This document shows positions 1 through 14,001 of a DNA stretch of 64,000 nt, in pieces (the stretch's first letter is position 1; the number at the start of each line of letters is the position of its first letter). The stretch is from Ministeria vibrans ATCC 50519 (taxonomy: Eukaryota; Protista; Filasterea): the NCBI GenBank assembly GCA_943704425.1, contig CALSCP010001329.1, forward strand, positions 27,755 through 91,754, read 5' to 3'. The notes under the pieces were generated by a model, which worked only from the letters and a program-made list of their open reading frames with translations, was not told where the DNA came from and searched no databases. The translations under genes and the position numbers were made by a program.

Positions 1-250
1 TGCTCTTCATCTGCAGCATGGCGATGCTCAGAGCCAAATTCCCGTCGCTCATCGACAGGCAAAAGGGCGGTGCGCTGTCGTTTGCGTGGAAGGCGGCGCG
101 CGTCGGTACCAGAGTGGACCAAGCGGTTTTTCCATTCACACTTCACTCTCTCTTCCTGCTTCTTTTCCCACTTTGAATGTAGGCGAACGGCTCTCTCCGT
201 GGGTCTCTTTAGCATGCGTTGCCTTTGCCCTTGTAGTTTTGTTTGAGTAA
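1..250 (+). CDS. TMEM167: Protein kish (TMEM167), 3' part; gene starts before the window
   Basis: Splicing intron 106-182 (GT-AG) gives LFICSMAMLRAKFPSLIDRQKGGALSFAWKAARVGERLSPWVSLACVAFALVVLFE*, which matches the kish signature (PSLLDR..G..WK.ARIGER.SP.V). Not in the ORF track. Confidence 0.88.
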   Translation, partial: ALHLQHGDAQSQIPVAHRQAKGRCAVVCVEGGARRYQSGPSGFSIHTSLSLPASFPTLNVGERLSPWVSLACVAFALVVLFE

Positions 251-329
251 ATGTCATTTGCACAGTGTATTGTATTTTTTTTTCTTCTTCTCTCTCTCTT
301 TTCCGTCACTCTCTTTTCATATTTATTTT

Positions 330-2888
330 TTAAACTGAGTTGAGACACCTCGCTCGGAGCGGAGTGTCGGCAAAGAGTGCCTTAATAAGAGCGGTGATTT
401 CGGTGGCGGAGAAGTCGAGGTCGCCACGTCCGCCGTCCCATCGCTCAATGAGGTCGGCGAGCCCCAGCTCAAGGAGCACTGCCGTCTGGTTGAGACGTCG
501 CCACGAGGGAACGGCCTGAACGAGATCGACTGCATTTGCCGTGACAGTGTTGGTGGTGAACAGGGCGGGCACTTTGTCACGGAAGAGCGTCAGCAAATAG
601 TGCAGCTGGTGAGTCTCTTCGACGGAAATGTCGGTGAGCGCAAGGACATCGTTGCACAGGCGACGGGCACACACATCCACCAGACTCCCCAGTGACGCAG
701 TGAACACGTCACGAGGCAACACCAGCGACCACAGGTTTCCCACTGACACAAGCTGATGGAGCGCTTGCTTGACGGCACGCTCACATCGAGCCAGGCGCTC
801 GGGCTCGTGTGTGTCGGCGAGCGAGTCGCACGTCGCCAGTGCTTCAAGCAGCTGGGTGCGTTGCCGTCGCATCTGCCCCAGGTAGCACTCCTCCCCGAGC
901 TGTCGGAACACGGGAACCATGTCGACAAAGGTGGCGGTGGAGTCGAGGGGTGCGGGAAAGTGGGCGCGGAACTGATGTGCCAGGGTCAGCAGATGATGCG
1001 CAATGTAAAGGCAGTCGTTGTAAAAGAGCATCGCCAGCTGCGGAACAGTCTCAAGCGACTGGTGGTGGTGCGTAGGCACACACGCACGAAACAAGTCAAA
1101 CAGGTCGCGCACCGTATTGAAAAGCTGAACTGCACAGGCGGGTGTGGCCGTCGCCGCCTCGCCCATTGTCTCGTACGCCATGTCGACGACCGTCTGCGTG
1201 CGCTGCGTCACATGACACCGCGGCATCCGAAACATCCCATCGGCAAAGAACGATCCACTTTCGCCTAGAGCAGCGTCCTCACCCCCTCCACCCGCGCCCT
1301 TCTTCCCTCCACTACCACCACCTCCGTTGCCATGCTTGCGCGACGCCGTCGCCACCAAATCCGCCATGGCCTTCTGCTCGTGCTTGTCCAGTTTGCCCGT
1401 CGCCGCCGCGCGCAGCCCGCCACGCTCTGTCGCATCGCTCACCTCGACCGTATTGTGGTCCTCGGCCATCATAAGTTGCCGCGCCGTCACCAGCACCTGC
1501 TGCCGCTTCTTGTTGCCAAAGTGCACGTTAACATTGCGCGCATACGTCGACAGCGTTGTGTCCCCGCTGGGCGCCAGTCGCGTATCCTGCTGGTGTCGTT
1601 GCTCAAAGGCAACCGCCCCAGCCGCGGTCGGCCCGTAGGCGTCCAGTCCGCCCGCCGTCTCCGGCACACGCACCGCCAGAAACCCTTCTACGACCAGTGC
1701 CGTCAGGTCGCCCCACAGTAGTTCACCCAGCATCCCCGCGCGCTCTCCAACCAGACACTCCTGCATCATCGCCAGAACGGTATTGAGCTCGCCAAACACA
1801 TCGACAGCGCGACTGTTGCTGTTGCTGAGCGCTGCCTTGGTGGCATCCTCGAGACGCAACGTCACCGTCTGATTCGCTGTGCGCACCACTGCAACCAGTG
1901 TGCCCGCCGCCTCAGGCTCCTCCTCCTCCTTCCCACTATTCGCGCAAGCAGCAGGTCGTGCGTGTGCAACCAGAGGCTGAAACACCCGTCGCATCGCCGT
2001 CTTGACAAATGCCTGCAGCTTGGGCTCGAGTGCCCCAAGCGTGTCAAGAGCCCCGACCACTTGTGCCAGCGGAACTGAGCCACTCGGGCTGGTCGACGTA
2101 ATACTCAAAATGGCACCATCGCTCTCGTTCGTCTCGCTCCACACCACCGCCGAGCTCCACTGACGCGTCAAAATGGCCGAAAGCTGGTTGCGACGGCGTC
2201 GCACTTCACGTCGCAACATGTTGAATATGTTTGGATCGGTGCCGGCTGGCGCTACGGCACACGCCTCAGCAACACTTCCGCCAACAGAGTTCTCGTCGGT
2301 GGTGCCCTTGGCCGTTGTGGTCGATGACGATGTTGTTGAGGATGACGGAGTGGGCGCAATCGCGTCGAGACACTCTTTCATCTGCTGCGCCGCCTGCGCT
2401 GCGCCCTCGTAGTCGCCCGCATCGATCTTGGGCTGGAACGACAAAAGCCCCTGGTGAATGTCGCAAATGTGGCGCAGCACGTCAATGGAGGATGTGGTCG
2501 TCTTGAGCTGTGCATGGAGAGTCGCCGCCTCGTCCGTGCTCGTCTGCAACCGTTCGCGCAGTCCTGTGTCGCGTACTGACTGACACACTTGAGCGCACTC
2601 GCGTGCCAACGACTCTACCTCGCCCTTGAGGTCCAATGTAAACTCGTACGCCTGCAGAAACTCCTGGTGGTTCCGTTGAACCGTCGAAAAGATTGTGCCC
2701 TACAGTTTTTGAAAAATTAGTATGGAATTTTGGGTTCGCTGTCGTAGACACACAGCGATTGTATCAGGTAACGGTCGACAGGAACACACGCACGACACAT
2801 TGCCAGCGTCACATACCTTGACTTCAGCCAGCTTCTTGCTCAGCTGCGTCGTTGCTTCGCCGACATCCTGAGAGATTTCCAATGCCAT
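330..2888 (-). CDS. ZW10: Centromere/kinetochore protein ZW10 (RZZ/NRZ complex)
   Basis: Exon 2888-2817, GT-AG intron 2816-2700, long exon to 330. Motifs VPQLAMLFYNDCLYIAHHL, TFVDMVPVFR, DISVEET and C-terminal LIKALFADTPLRARCL are typical of ZW10. Confidence 0.92.
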
Positions 2889-3075
2889 TGTTTTGAAACA
2901 ACAAGAGAAAAAAAAAAGACACGATTGCGAAGGGAAGAGACGGGAGAAAAGAAGAAAGTATAGTGATCGTTCAAAAGGCGCACGAAAGAAGTAAAATCAA
3001 TATTCAATAAAAAATAATTCCAATAATAGTATTAGTTTTTCAAATTTTTCAAAAATTATTCAGTATTCTTGCCAA

Positions 3076-3728
3076 ATGACATCCCCATCCGAACAGGTTG
3101 CAAGTGCCCTTGGCTCGTTTGTGGACTCGAGTTCACAAGAACCCCAGGTATGGATGGATGCATGCGTGTGACAGAGAGTGTACCGGTCTTGCTTTGTGTC
3201 TTGTTCACGCAACTGTCACAATGAAAAATTCAAAAATTCAGCGTCTCACCTCGCCGCTCTCGTACGCTTAGTGGGTCACAAACGCATGGGAAAACAACTT
3301 TTGTGACTCGATTGTGTCTAATGAAGTGCCGGCGACACTCTCCGAGGTACTAGACGAGTGTGCGTTCCACAAGTTTCATCACTCGCTTTTTTTTTTTGAA
3401 TTTTATCTTCCATTGTTTAGAATCCTGGCGCCATTTCACGCGCCCTCGACACAGCCACAGTCAACATTGTCAAAGTTAAAACGCACTCTGAGACTGACGA
3501 TGCTGGTGCCAGTCCAGGTAAGGCACATTTTCCAAAAACCTATTATTGTTGTGAGTTTTCTCTCAACCGCTCTCTCTCTCTCTCTCTTTCTGTCACTTTG
3601 TTTCTTTCTCATTCACTCTCTCTCACTCTCTCTCTCTTTCACTCTCTCTCACACTCACTCTCTCACTCTCTATCACTTTGTTCACTCTCTCTCTATCACT
3701 TTGTTTACTCTCTCTCTATTACTTTGTT

Positions 3729-3818
<90 letters not shown>

Positions 3819-6800
3819 CTTCCGCTCAGGCGTTTGGGGTGCGCTGACGAGCTACGGCATTTGCCCGCGCTCGCTTGTGGCCCACCTCTTCTTCTCCATG
3901 ACGAGCGGCACCGTGACAGCAGGGCGACGCTCCGCCACCGTCTACATGCATCTCTTGGGGATGCCAGGGGCCGCCTCCTTTGGCCTGTTCCATCCCATGG
4001 TTTTCCGCGCCGCCGTCAATCTTCTCGACGGGTTTCCTGCCCCACAGTTGTTGACCGACAGTGGTGCGGCCAGTCGCAAGCGCAAAACCCCCTTGATTGC
4101 GTCCGGCAGTACATCCTCCTCTGCCACCACGAGCACACGTCGCAGCAAGCGCAGCAAGACCAGTACCACAAGCACCGCGGACGACAACGAAGACGACAAC
4201 AACGAGGACAAGCAGGATCATGATGATCCAATGGAGATGGACGACGAAGGCAGCCAGGAGCAAACAACTGCTTCTGGTAGCACCAAGACGAGCCGCGCCG
4301 TTGCCATGGAGCTGCTTCAGTCGCTGACGAGCGTTCTTCAGGCACACACGCCGCATGTGTGCGACGAAAGCAGCGTTCACGCAGCTACTATGCTTGTCAA
4401 GATTGTCCGCCAGTGTGCTGCGGAGAAGAGTCCCGAAGCGGTCACAGTGGCGCACCATGGTCTTGCGGCCGTCTGTGCCAATGTAACTCTTGTGGCGCGT
4501 GTTCTGCGCTCTCTTCTGCCTAACATTCTCATGACCAACAGTGGTCCGCTTGCCACGGGTGCCATTGTGCGTCCCGTGTCGCTTGCCGCAGAGCTCTCCA
4601 TGGCATTTGTCTGCGAGAACATTGTTCCGTCTCATGACGAAACAGTCGCGCACGCACTTCACGTGTTCCTTCAGCACGCCTGTGTCAAGGTTCCCGACCG
4701 TGCCGAGTACCGCACACGCGTCGCCTCGATGCTTGCACCCGCCCTTCTTGCTCTCGACGAGCCCCGTCGCATTCTCATGATGAATTGGCTCGCCAAGTTT
4801 GCCAAAAACGTCAAGGTGGCCTTCCGTCTCTTCTCCCTCGCCCTGTGCGAGGCACTCTTCATTGAGGCAAACAGCATCAACGAGCCGCTTCTCGAGGTGA
4901 TCATTGCACGTGCCTCCGACAAGAGCCCCGCCGTGCGCACCAAGGCGCTGTCGGTGCTTGCCACCCTCGCGCGCATTCCGTCCGTCGTCGACTCTCTCCC
5001 CTCTGCCCGTCTTGCCACACTCGCTCTGAAGCGTCTCTCTGATGACAAGTCGGTTGTGCGCAAAGCGACCCTGACGGCGCTCGAGGCAGGCATCACGACC
5101 GCCATTGACGAGACCCTTTTGCGTGCAATTGGCGTGCGGTGTACCGACACGGCCGTGAGCGTACGCAAAGAGGCTGCTCTCACCATGACTGCGCTGCTCT
5201 TGCGTCTCGAGTCGCACTCATCATTGGACGTGCGCCACGTTTGGCTTGACTCTGTCCTGCCCATGGCCATGGATGCCGAAGCTTCCGTCCAAGAACGCTC
5301 TTTTGCTCAAGTGCTCTCCATTTTGGTAGTGCCTCTGCAGTCCGACCAGACACAGCCTGAGGCTGAGGCACGTCGCACCTTGGCCATCGCACTGCTAGAT
5401 ATGGCGGTGAGCGACGGTCGTGACATGACTCGTTTTCTACAGCGTGCCTGCCATTACAGCATGACAAACAGTGAGTATGCGCTCTCGGCGACAGTCGCGT
5501 TCTTTTTGCTGTGCCACGTCGATTCGCATCCTGACGCTCCCGGTGCCTGGGCGCTCCTCGCCGAGATGTCCTTGCGCGTGCCCGAGCATGTTCCTGCCGA
5601 GCGCATTGTGCGTGCAATGCAACAGCAACATCGCGAACAGAGCGCAGCCGTGTCCGACCGATGCGTGCCAAACTTGCTGCGCACTTTGGGAGGTGTTGCG
5701 TCGAGCCTCGAGGCGCCTCATGTGGATGCGCTGGCGGAGCTTCTGTTGACACGTCTGCGCACCTTTGATGCCGAGCCCGTGCTCATCTCGACCATCATGA
5801 ACACACTGGTGCGTCTGTGGTGCAAACTCGAGCAGGCCGACGAAAAGTTGCGCGACGTCTGTTCGTCGCTACTTGTGCTGTGCGACGAGCGTCTTGCCGA
5901 AACCTTCTACTCGGGTGCGGTGCGCGACGGCTGTGCCATTGATGAATCCTCCACGCCGCGCTTTCTCTTCACCGTGGGCGAGGCGTGTCTGTACAGCCGT
6001 GCGCCAGTGCCCAAGCGCCTTGACATGGTCTTACAAACGCTCATCCAGCCGTCGGTGTGTGCCTCAACGACGGACGCTGCGCCCGTGGCGGTCCCGGCTA
6101 TTGTGCGTGCTCATGCCTTTGTTGCCCTCGGCAAGCTGTGTCTGCAGAGTGAGGACATGGCCAAGCGATGCATTGCAGCCATGTCGCGTGAACTCGAAAC
6201 GTGCACCGACCCCATCATCCGAAACAATGTCATTGTTGTCATGTGTGACCTCTGCGTGCGCTACACCTCCCTCGTTGATCGTTATGTGCCCGTTATTTCA
6301 TCATGTTTGCGTGACGAGTCGCCGCTGGTGCGTCGCCAGACGCTCACGCTACTCACACGTCTCATCCAAGAGGATTACATGAAGTGGAAAGGATCGCTCT
6401 TCTTTCGATTTGCTGCGGCACTCGTCGACTCGGACGTTGAGCTGCGACGCTACGCGCAGTTTTGTCTGCTCCACTTGCTCGCGAGCAAACAGGCAGGTCT
6501 TGTGGCCAGTCATCTTGTCGAGGCGGTCTTTCACTTCTCTGGCTACCGCGCACACCCCACATACAACCAGTTTAGCGTGTCGGCCCGCGAGACGGCTCTC
6601 TTTGACATGAGCACCGACGCCGGCGCCGCTCAACGCAAGAGCCTCTACGCAATTTTGCTGAACACGTTGCCCGACGAGCAGAAGTTCAATGTGACCACCA
6701 AGTTGTGTGCCGACGTGCTGGGCGGCTGTGTCGACGGCGGCATTGACGTGTGCAGTGACGCAGGCCACACACTTGTCACCGACACTCTCGAGCTGCTGGT

Positions 6801-7951
6801 GTCGCAGGAGGCCAAGCTCAGCGTGGCCACAGCCAAATCGCTTTCATCGTCGTCGACAACAGCCGATGACGATGCGGCGGACATGATGGCGGAGGCAGCG
6901 GGCGAGGCGGGCGGCACTGGTGGTGTTATGCAGTCGGCCAAGTCACGACTGTTGGCACAGATCATCAAGAAGAACGTGTCGGAGAACATTTTGCCGACTG
7001 TGATCGCGCTCAAGCATCAGCTCGAGGCGGCACATTCACCTCTTGTGCGCAACGTGATGATTTTCATCCGCGAGATCATGTCCGACTACCGACGCGAAGT
7101 GGACGAGATGCTGAGCGGCAACAAGCAACTTGCTGCCGAAATTGCCTTTGACTTGCGACGTTTTGAGGAGGAGCAGCGGGCCGTTGAGTCGCCCATGCCG
7201 ACGACGCTGTGCAACGTGTCGGCCGTGCAAGACCTCCATGCGTCACCCGTGCTCTCGCCGGGCACCATGCCCACCCCCAAGCAACCGCCCGCCTCGGCCG
7301 GTCGTCGTCTTGCCACCCCTGCACGTCTCAAGTCACCCGCCACGCCTCGCTCGGCGTCGACGCCCGCCGAGCGTCTTTCCATCCGCCGAATGGCACGACT
7401 CTCACTCGACCAATCAGCATCGGGTGCGTCGCCTCGTACACCTCGCTCGGCAGTTCCCTCACGTCTCCAAAACGCGGACCGCGTTCAAACGCCATCACGC
7501 GTTGCCCGTGCTCTTCTCGACGATGACAATGATGATGATGGCGATGACGACCTGAACAGCAACGACTGTGCCATGAACACGGCATCGAGCGAGAACACCA
7601 TGGAGCTGGATAACGCGTTGGCAACGCCCGTGCGTGTACGTCATAGCTCGGCTAGTGGACGACCTCTTCTGCTCATGGAAAGTCCGTTGGCCACTCGCTC
7701 GCCCGCCATGCGCAAGTGGAACGTCGAGTCGCCTGTGCGTCCTACCCGTGCACCCATCAGCGAAACGACCGGCACTGCCGAAGAGGAAGATGAAGAAATG
7801 GTCGCCGGCACAGCCAAACGTCGCTCCACTCGACAGAGCTTGGTAAGAAAAAAGCTCCCTTGTTGCAAAGACGAAACTAATTGTGTTGTTTTATTTGTAG
7901 GGATCTCCTTCGGTGTCAAAGGTTGTGACGCGACGACGTGTGCATTTGTGA
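3076..7951 (+). CDS. NCAPD3: Condensin II complex subunit D3 (HEAT repeats, Cnd1 domain)
   Basis: Three short 5' exons from ATG 3076, long exon ~3829-7842, last exon ending at TGA 7951. Motifs AHAFVALGKLCL, IIRNNVIVVMCDLCVRYT, LIQEDYMKWKG and S/T-P-rich tail. Confidence 0.92.
3566..3815 (+). repeat. Intronic (CT)n tract with embedded TATCACTTTGTT motifs
   Basis: Seen directly in CAP-D3 intron 3. Confidence 0.9.
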
Positions 7952-8449
7952 TTTCTTTTCTCCCCAAGATCAAAAATGAAATTTGAAAATTGACCAATGA
8001 ATATCGTTTGTATTCACTGCCCCCGACCCAACTAATCTGAACCCTCGGCATTATTATACATGGATCGGGGAGCTTTTTTGCTCCTAGTTGTAGATTTCAC
8101 GAGTTATTGACGGGTTAAATTTGATGTTTGTTTTCACACCATTTTCAAGGTTACTTGCGGTGTCATCTTCTAAAGTATCTAAACCAATTAGCTAAACTCC
8201 AACTGGGGCAAGTGAGTACATATTGTAGGATGTAACTGACACGCAACCGATGAAGCGATTAACTCCAAAGTCCAAGCAAACTGAACTGAAACAAACATAT
8301 TCATTTTTCACCACATATTCACACACACAGTCACACACACAACTTTTTTTTTTTGTAGCGCTGAGTTTCAGTGCGACTCTTGGTACGCAACATTGTACTC
8401 CGTGACACGTTGGTCCATCGTGTGTCACCCGATGTCGTGCGCCACCGAG

Positions 8450-11400
8450 ATGTTTCCACAGACCAAAATGGTGTTGGACGACTTTGTAAAGGAACTCTCG
8501 TGCTTTCTCTGGTACGTACACTTGCTCTCCGCCTTTGCTGTCTTCTGTGAGTGTGATTTTTGATGATGTGGTGTGCTTGTGTGAAAACTTGTGCCTTCAG
8601 AATCAGAAGCGAAAAACGGGCGCGAAACGAGTTTCTAACGGCGTCTCAATCTTTGTAGCCGCGAGATTATGGTGGATCCCGCTGTAGTCCAGGGTTGCAG
8701 CCATACGTTTTGCAGGTACTGGCTGCTTGGGAAAGACGCTTGAGCGTCAGACAATCCAGCACCAACTCCAAAAAAAAAACGTTTGTGTAGAAAATGTCTT
8801 GACGATCACATTGAGAAACACAGCTGTTGTCCCAAGGTATAGAGTGGCGGAGCGCTGTGCCTCTCGTACATGTCTGGAATAGACACATGATGACATTTTT
8901 TCGTTTTATTTTTCTGGTGCAGTGCCAAGTGCCGTGTTGGGCGCGCGATGTGAGTGCCAACCACCAGTTTCAGACATTTGTGCAGAGTGTACGCAAGATT
9001 ACTGCTGCTGTGCACGAGGGCACCCAGGCACACCTTTTGCGTCAACTTAGTCGTGGTGTCAGTCGTCTGTCGAACGGGAGTCGTGCGACGAGTCTTGTTT
9101 GGCGTGCGCCTCTTGTCGAAGACAATGAGAGGGAAGATGCGGCAGGGAAGGAACAGGAAAAGAAGGACGGCGAACTGGAAGATGTGGCAGGGAAGGATCA
9201 GGAAAAGAAGGACGACGAAGAAGAACTAGAAGAGCAAAAGAAGGGCGATGACGCAGCTGTGGCGTCCGTGAGCGTGTCCGGCGTTGAGAAGCCAAACAGT
9301 CAGTGTGAACCGCCACGAGCAGGCGTTGACACGACCATGTCATTTGAGCAGCTTTTTATGCGCGATTCGTCAGCATCTCTTGTGCGAGGACACACCCATG
9401 GGCACCAGGAACATGGTGTCGATGCCGGCGCTGAGGAGGAGGAGGAGGAGGAGGAGGAGGAGGAGGAGGAGGAGGAGGATGAAGTTGACTGCTCTCCTCC
9501 GCTTGTCGTTGTTCCCAAACATCGACGAGCAAAGCCCGTATCATCTACAACAACAACAATAGCAGCAGAATTAATAGCAGCAGCAACAACAACAACACCA
9601 GCAGCAGCAGCAGCAGCAGCAGCGACTTCCACAGTCTCGACGAGAAGGCGAGGGGTTGTTGCCAAGGATTCGCCCGCCATTCCTCCCAGTCCAGATCTCG
9701 ACGAAGAGTACTCCTCACCTCTCGTGCTCTTGCGACCCACCACACGCCCATCCAAGAAGGCGGACACCATCAACACAACCACGAAAGCATCCACCACCAC
9801 CGCGACCAACAGCGACAACAACGCCGACAACGACAACGACAACAACGCCGACAACGACAACGACAACGACAACGACGCTGTTAACAAAGTGGCCAGTGGA
9901 AAGCGTGCAGTTATCGACGCGTCCTTGTGCACGCCGTCGCCGGCGGCCGATCTCAGCTACGTGCCTGAAACGCTTTTTCCTTTTTCGGGCGCCACGAACG
10001 ATCTCACGCCCGTGCCGGGTCAGCGCGTTCCGTCGCCAGTGCGCACCACGTCCAAAGAGAGTACAGACCCCAACGTGAGTGGCGACGACGTTGTGACATC
10101 GTCGTCACGCCGAAAAGCACCTACCAAGCGTGGTCGTGCTGTCACACGCGACAAGTCTTTTGGCCGCTCACAGTCGTCGCTGCTTGCCATTGGATTGCCA
10201 TCAGCTGACAGTAGTAGCAGTGCCCGTACTACCAGTAGCGGTATGAACATTGACGCAGTGCCAGCATCACTGCCCAAAGTGGGCGAGTGGTGTTGCAGTA
10301 TGTGCACACTACACAACGCGGATCGTCGTGCCAAGTGCGAGGCGTGCGGTGCTGGTCGACCACGACCCACGTCTACGCGTGCTCTTGCCCCTGCGCGCGC
10401 TGCCGAAACAATTCGCATGCGTCAATTTGTGGCACTTGCGACGCCCACGCGCGTCCGTCGTGCACATCGCAACGCCGTTGGCGAAACGCCCCTCCACATT
10501 GCCGCGAAAACAGGCGACATTGATGAAGTTCGTCGCCTGTTGGAGGAGGGTGCGGACGTGCGTGCGACCGACAATGCGGGCTGGAGCTCGCTGCACGAGG
10601 CGTGCTTCAACGACCAGATTGAAGTGATCCCCTGGCTGCTCGCCTATGGCGCTGACATCAACGCAGTGGGCACAGCCAATCGTATGTCGCCCCTCCACGA
10701 GGCTTGCGATCGCGCTCTCGTCGACGTTGTGCGCCTGCTTTTGCAACACGGCGCGGACTCGACATTGGTCAACAGCTCGAACGAGACGTGCCTGTCCCTT
10801 GCCGGAGACAACACAGAAATCACCTGCATGCTACGCAACGGTGCATCTGCACTTGCCGCACCTCCACCACTTCCCAAGGTCACAGCTCCTACCGTCGCGT
10901 GTGCATCAGACCCCACTGTTCCCGTCGCCTGTGCTTCGCCGCCCATTGTCAACTCGACACCATCACCACCCTCTCGTTTGGCAGACAAAGAAGTGTCTCC
11001 CGAGTCTCCCAAGAGTCCACCTGGTACGCGCCGTCGTCGTAGTGCAGCTGTCGTGGCGAGGACTAAAAGAACAGCGGCAGCAGTGACAACCACGCCGGGT
11101 ACGGGACACAAGACAGTTGCTGCTGGTACTCCATCAACAGTGAGACCTGTGCGCACTCGCGGACGCCGCGCAAGCTCGTCGGTGGATACGGACAGGGGCA
11201 CACCTGTCAAGCGGAAGTTAGAGCCACTGAGTAGTTCTGACGATCACCAGCATCAAAACGAGGGTGGTGCGACCGGAGACGTGGAAGAAGTTCCGAAACG
11301 TTCGCCGGTTCGTGCAAAACGTGCTAGAGTCACTCCATCGAAAGTGTTGCCTCGAGTGACCACCACCACCACAGCAACAGCAGCAGCAGCAGCATCAACA

Positions 11401-12186
11401 ACTACAACTCCTACTACTACTACTACTACTACAGAAGCAGTAGCAGCAGCAAGAACAACAACAACTGCAAAAACAACAACAGCAACAACAACAGCAGCAG
11501 CAGCAGCAGTACCACCAATGTTGGTCACAACGACCGGCATCACATTAGAAGAACAAGATAGATTGGCCAGTGACGTCAAGCGGCTTGGTGGACGAACGGA
11601 AAAGGACTTTTCGGACCAGACGACACATGTTGTTGCTGCCGTCGACAAGGAAGGGCGTTGCCCGCGTACCCTCAAATATCTCCGTGCATTGCTTGCGGGC
11701 GTGCCTGTCGTTCGTCCCGAATGGATCTCAGACTCGTCGCGTGAAAAGGCAGCTCGACCGGTGGACGACTACCTGGTACAGGGTGACACCATGACGACGG
11801 CTGTCTCGCCTGTGGCGCGTGCGCTCGAGCGCAAGAAACAGCAACAACCTGGCGTCTTCTCAGGTTGCTCCTTTTATCTCGGACTGTACGAGCCGGTGCG
11901 AACGGCGGAGTTGAAACAACCTGTCGCAGGTGATTTGGAGCGACTCATCTGCCTTGGCGGTGGACAGCTACTGGATGCGCCGCCTGAAGAACACGTTGCA
12001 GACGGCGCGGTTGCCCCACTACACCGTACCCAGTCTGCCTTGGCGGTCGCTCACTTTGTGGTGTTGGGCAAGGAACGACGACGCGAGGTTGCGTCGCTCA
12101 CAGGCGACTCCATTGCCCCCGTACCTCCAACGTGGATTCTTGACTGCGTCTCGCATCAACAAGTCCTGCGTACTCTTCCACTGTAG
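8450..12186 (+). CDS. BARD1: BARD1-like protein: RING, RanBP2/NZF finger, ankyrin repeats, tandem BRCT
   Basis: Spliced exons rebuild the RING CFLCREIMVDPAVVQGCSHTFCRKC...CCPKCQVPCWARDV. Ankyrins (GETPLH, AGWSSLHEAC) and BRCT (TTG...RTLKYL...W; PTWILDC) follow. RING-ANK-BRCT order is the BARD1 architecture. Confidence 0.88.
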
Positions 12187-12375
12187 AGCAATAATAATAT
12201 TTAAATAATTGGGTTTAATTATTATGACTGTTAATTAGAATTTTTTTATACAAAATCAATGAAGACGTGCATAATTTTGGCGTGTACAAAGTTGTTTTTT
12301 TTTTTTGACGTATTAAATAATTGATCATCTCTTGACTAAGGCAACGACGAGCATGCCAACTCGGAGAGTGTCCCA

Positions 12376-13468
12376 TCATGTCTTGACAAAGACAATAACA
12401 AGCACACCGACGACCATGACACTGGCAGCTCCGAGTCGTCGTGTGATGTGGTCTTCGCCGAGAAAGAGCCAGCCAAATAGAACGGACACGAGCAATCCAG
12501 AGCGTTTGATGGCAATGACGTAGCTAACATAGGTCAGTTGACTTGCGCTAAGCTGGGCCCACTGAGCGAGCGAGCCTAGGGTGGCATTGAGGATGACCCA
12601 TTGCGGGACTGAGAGTCGCGCCGCGAAAATTCGGCTCTTTTCCGACACAGTCGTGTCACCCAAGGAGACGCGAGGAGCGTCGAGATCAGAAAACAAAGTC
12701 ACGGAGGTCGCCATGGACATGGAGAGTACTGCTGCAGGGACATGATCGCGAAGAGCAGTGTGGCGTAGCAGGAGAAAGAGGAGAGCGGAAGGAAGGGAGA
12801 CGAAGGCCTGGACGACGGCCGCCGTCAGTAAGGGCGGACCTCGGCTGGCGGAAATTTTGTCCAGAGTAGAGCTGAAACTCCATAGGAGCGAAACAAGAAG
12901 CATGTAGCGAACACCCGACGTCTGTCTTGATGTTGACGTGAGCGCAGCGTACAAAGTTTGAACGGTCTCGCCGGTACGGGAGACAAGGTAGCCGCCCACG
13001 CAGACAAGCAGCACGCCCAGGACAGCAAGTATAGGAGGCCGTTCGCCCAGGAACACATCAGCGACGACGAGGAGGAAGACTGGCGTGAAGGCCAGCATGG
13101 GAATGCACAGTCCAATTTGCGTCTGCTGCAGCGATGAGTAGTACAGCCAAGACGTCGCCAAATTGATAGAGCCCGTGGTCACAGCTGCATGCCAGTACGT
13201 TGATCCCGTTTCCGGGATGCTTTCGCCCAGTGCATAGGAGAGGGTCATGAGAAGAGGACTGAAACAACGGAACAGTGAGAAGTGCCGCTAAGTTGTGTGT
13301 GTGTGTGTGTGTGTCGTACAACGCGACAGAGCCACGTAGAGCAAGTCCTAGAAGGGGCGAAGGGATCCGACGTCCCAGAGCGGTACGCGACACATCACAT
13401 AGCCCGTTAGCGACGGAGGAGAGGGCGGCGAGAGCAATGCCCGACATATAAGAAAAAAAGTGAGACAT
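12376..13468 (-). CDS. Drug/metabolite transporter (EamA family) membrane protein
   Basis: About 10 hydrophobic segments; EamA repeat motifs FTPVF...FLGE and SYVIAIKR...FLGE; one intron at ~13319-13259. Confidence 0.8.
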
Positions 13469-14001
13469 TATTATTATTGTTATTATTTTTCCAATAATTA
13501 TTATTATATTTATGATCAGCACAAACGAAAGGCGACAAGGAAACAAATGAATATTGAATAGTTAATGATTAATGAAGTATTAAGTTATATTTAAGTATAA
13601 ACTATAAAGTGAAAAGTTTACTCAAGCTAATAAAAATAAAATAATTAAGAAAATAAATAGAGAATCAAGAGCTGCACTAAATGGGTTGTATTCTTCTTCT
13701 AATTTATATTAATTATTATTATTATTTTACTATTCATGAATATAAGTCATATTTATCATGCAACAAAAGCACAAGTGCGATCACTATCCCGTGAGGTACT
13801 GAGATAATAGTAAATTTTGCAATATTCTATACTCCTATAGTACTAGAGAAAATAAGAAGAGGCCAGAACTCTGACAGGCGGTAACAACTGTTGCGTCAAC
13901 AATATATAATCAATACAATTCTCCGACTCTTTAAATGAAATCTTCTAAAAAAAGTTTAAAAAATTGACATGACAAAGATCACACAATTTAAAAGCAAATT
14001 G

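Noticed and set aside
7952-8449. Possible ncRNA or tRNA in the CAP-D3/BARD1 spacer (also 13470-14000)
   Set aside because: No convincing cloverleaf, C/D or H/ACA box arrangement by eye.
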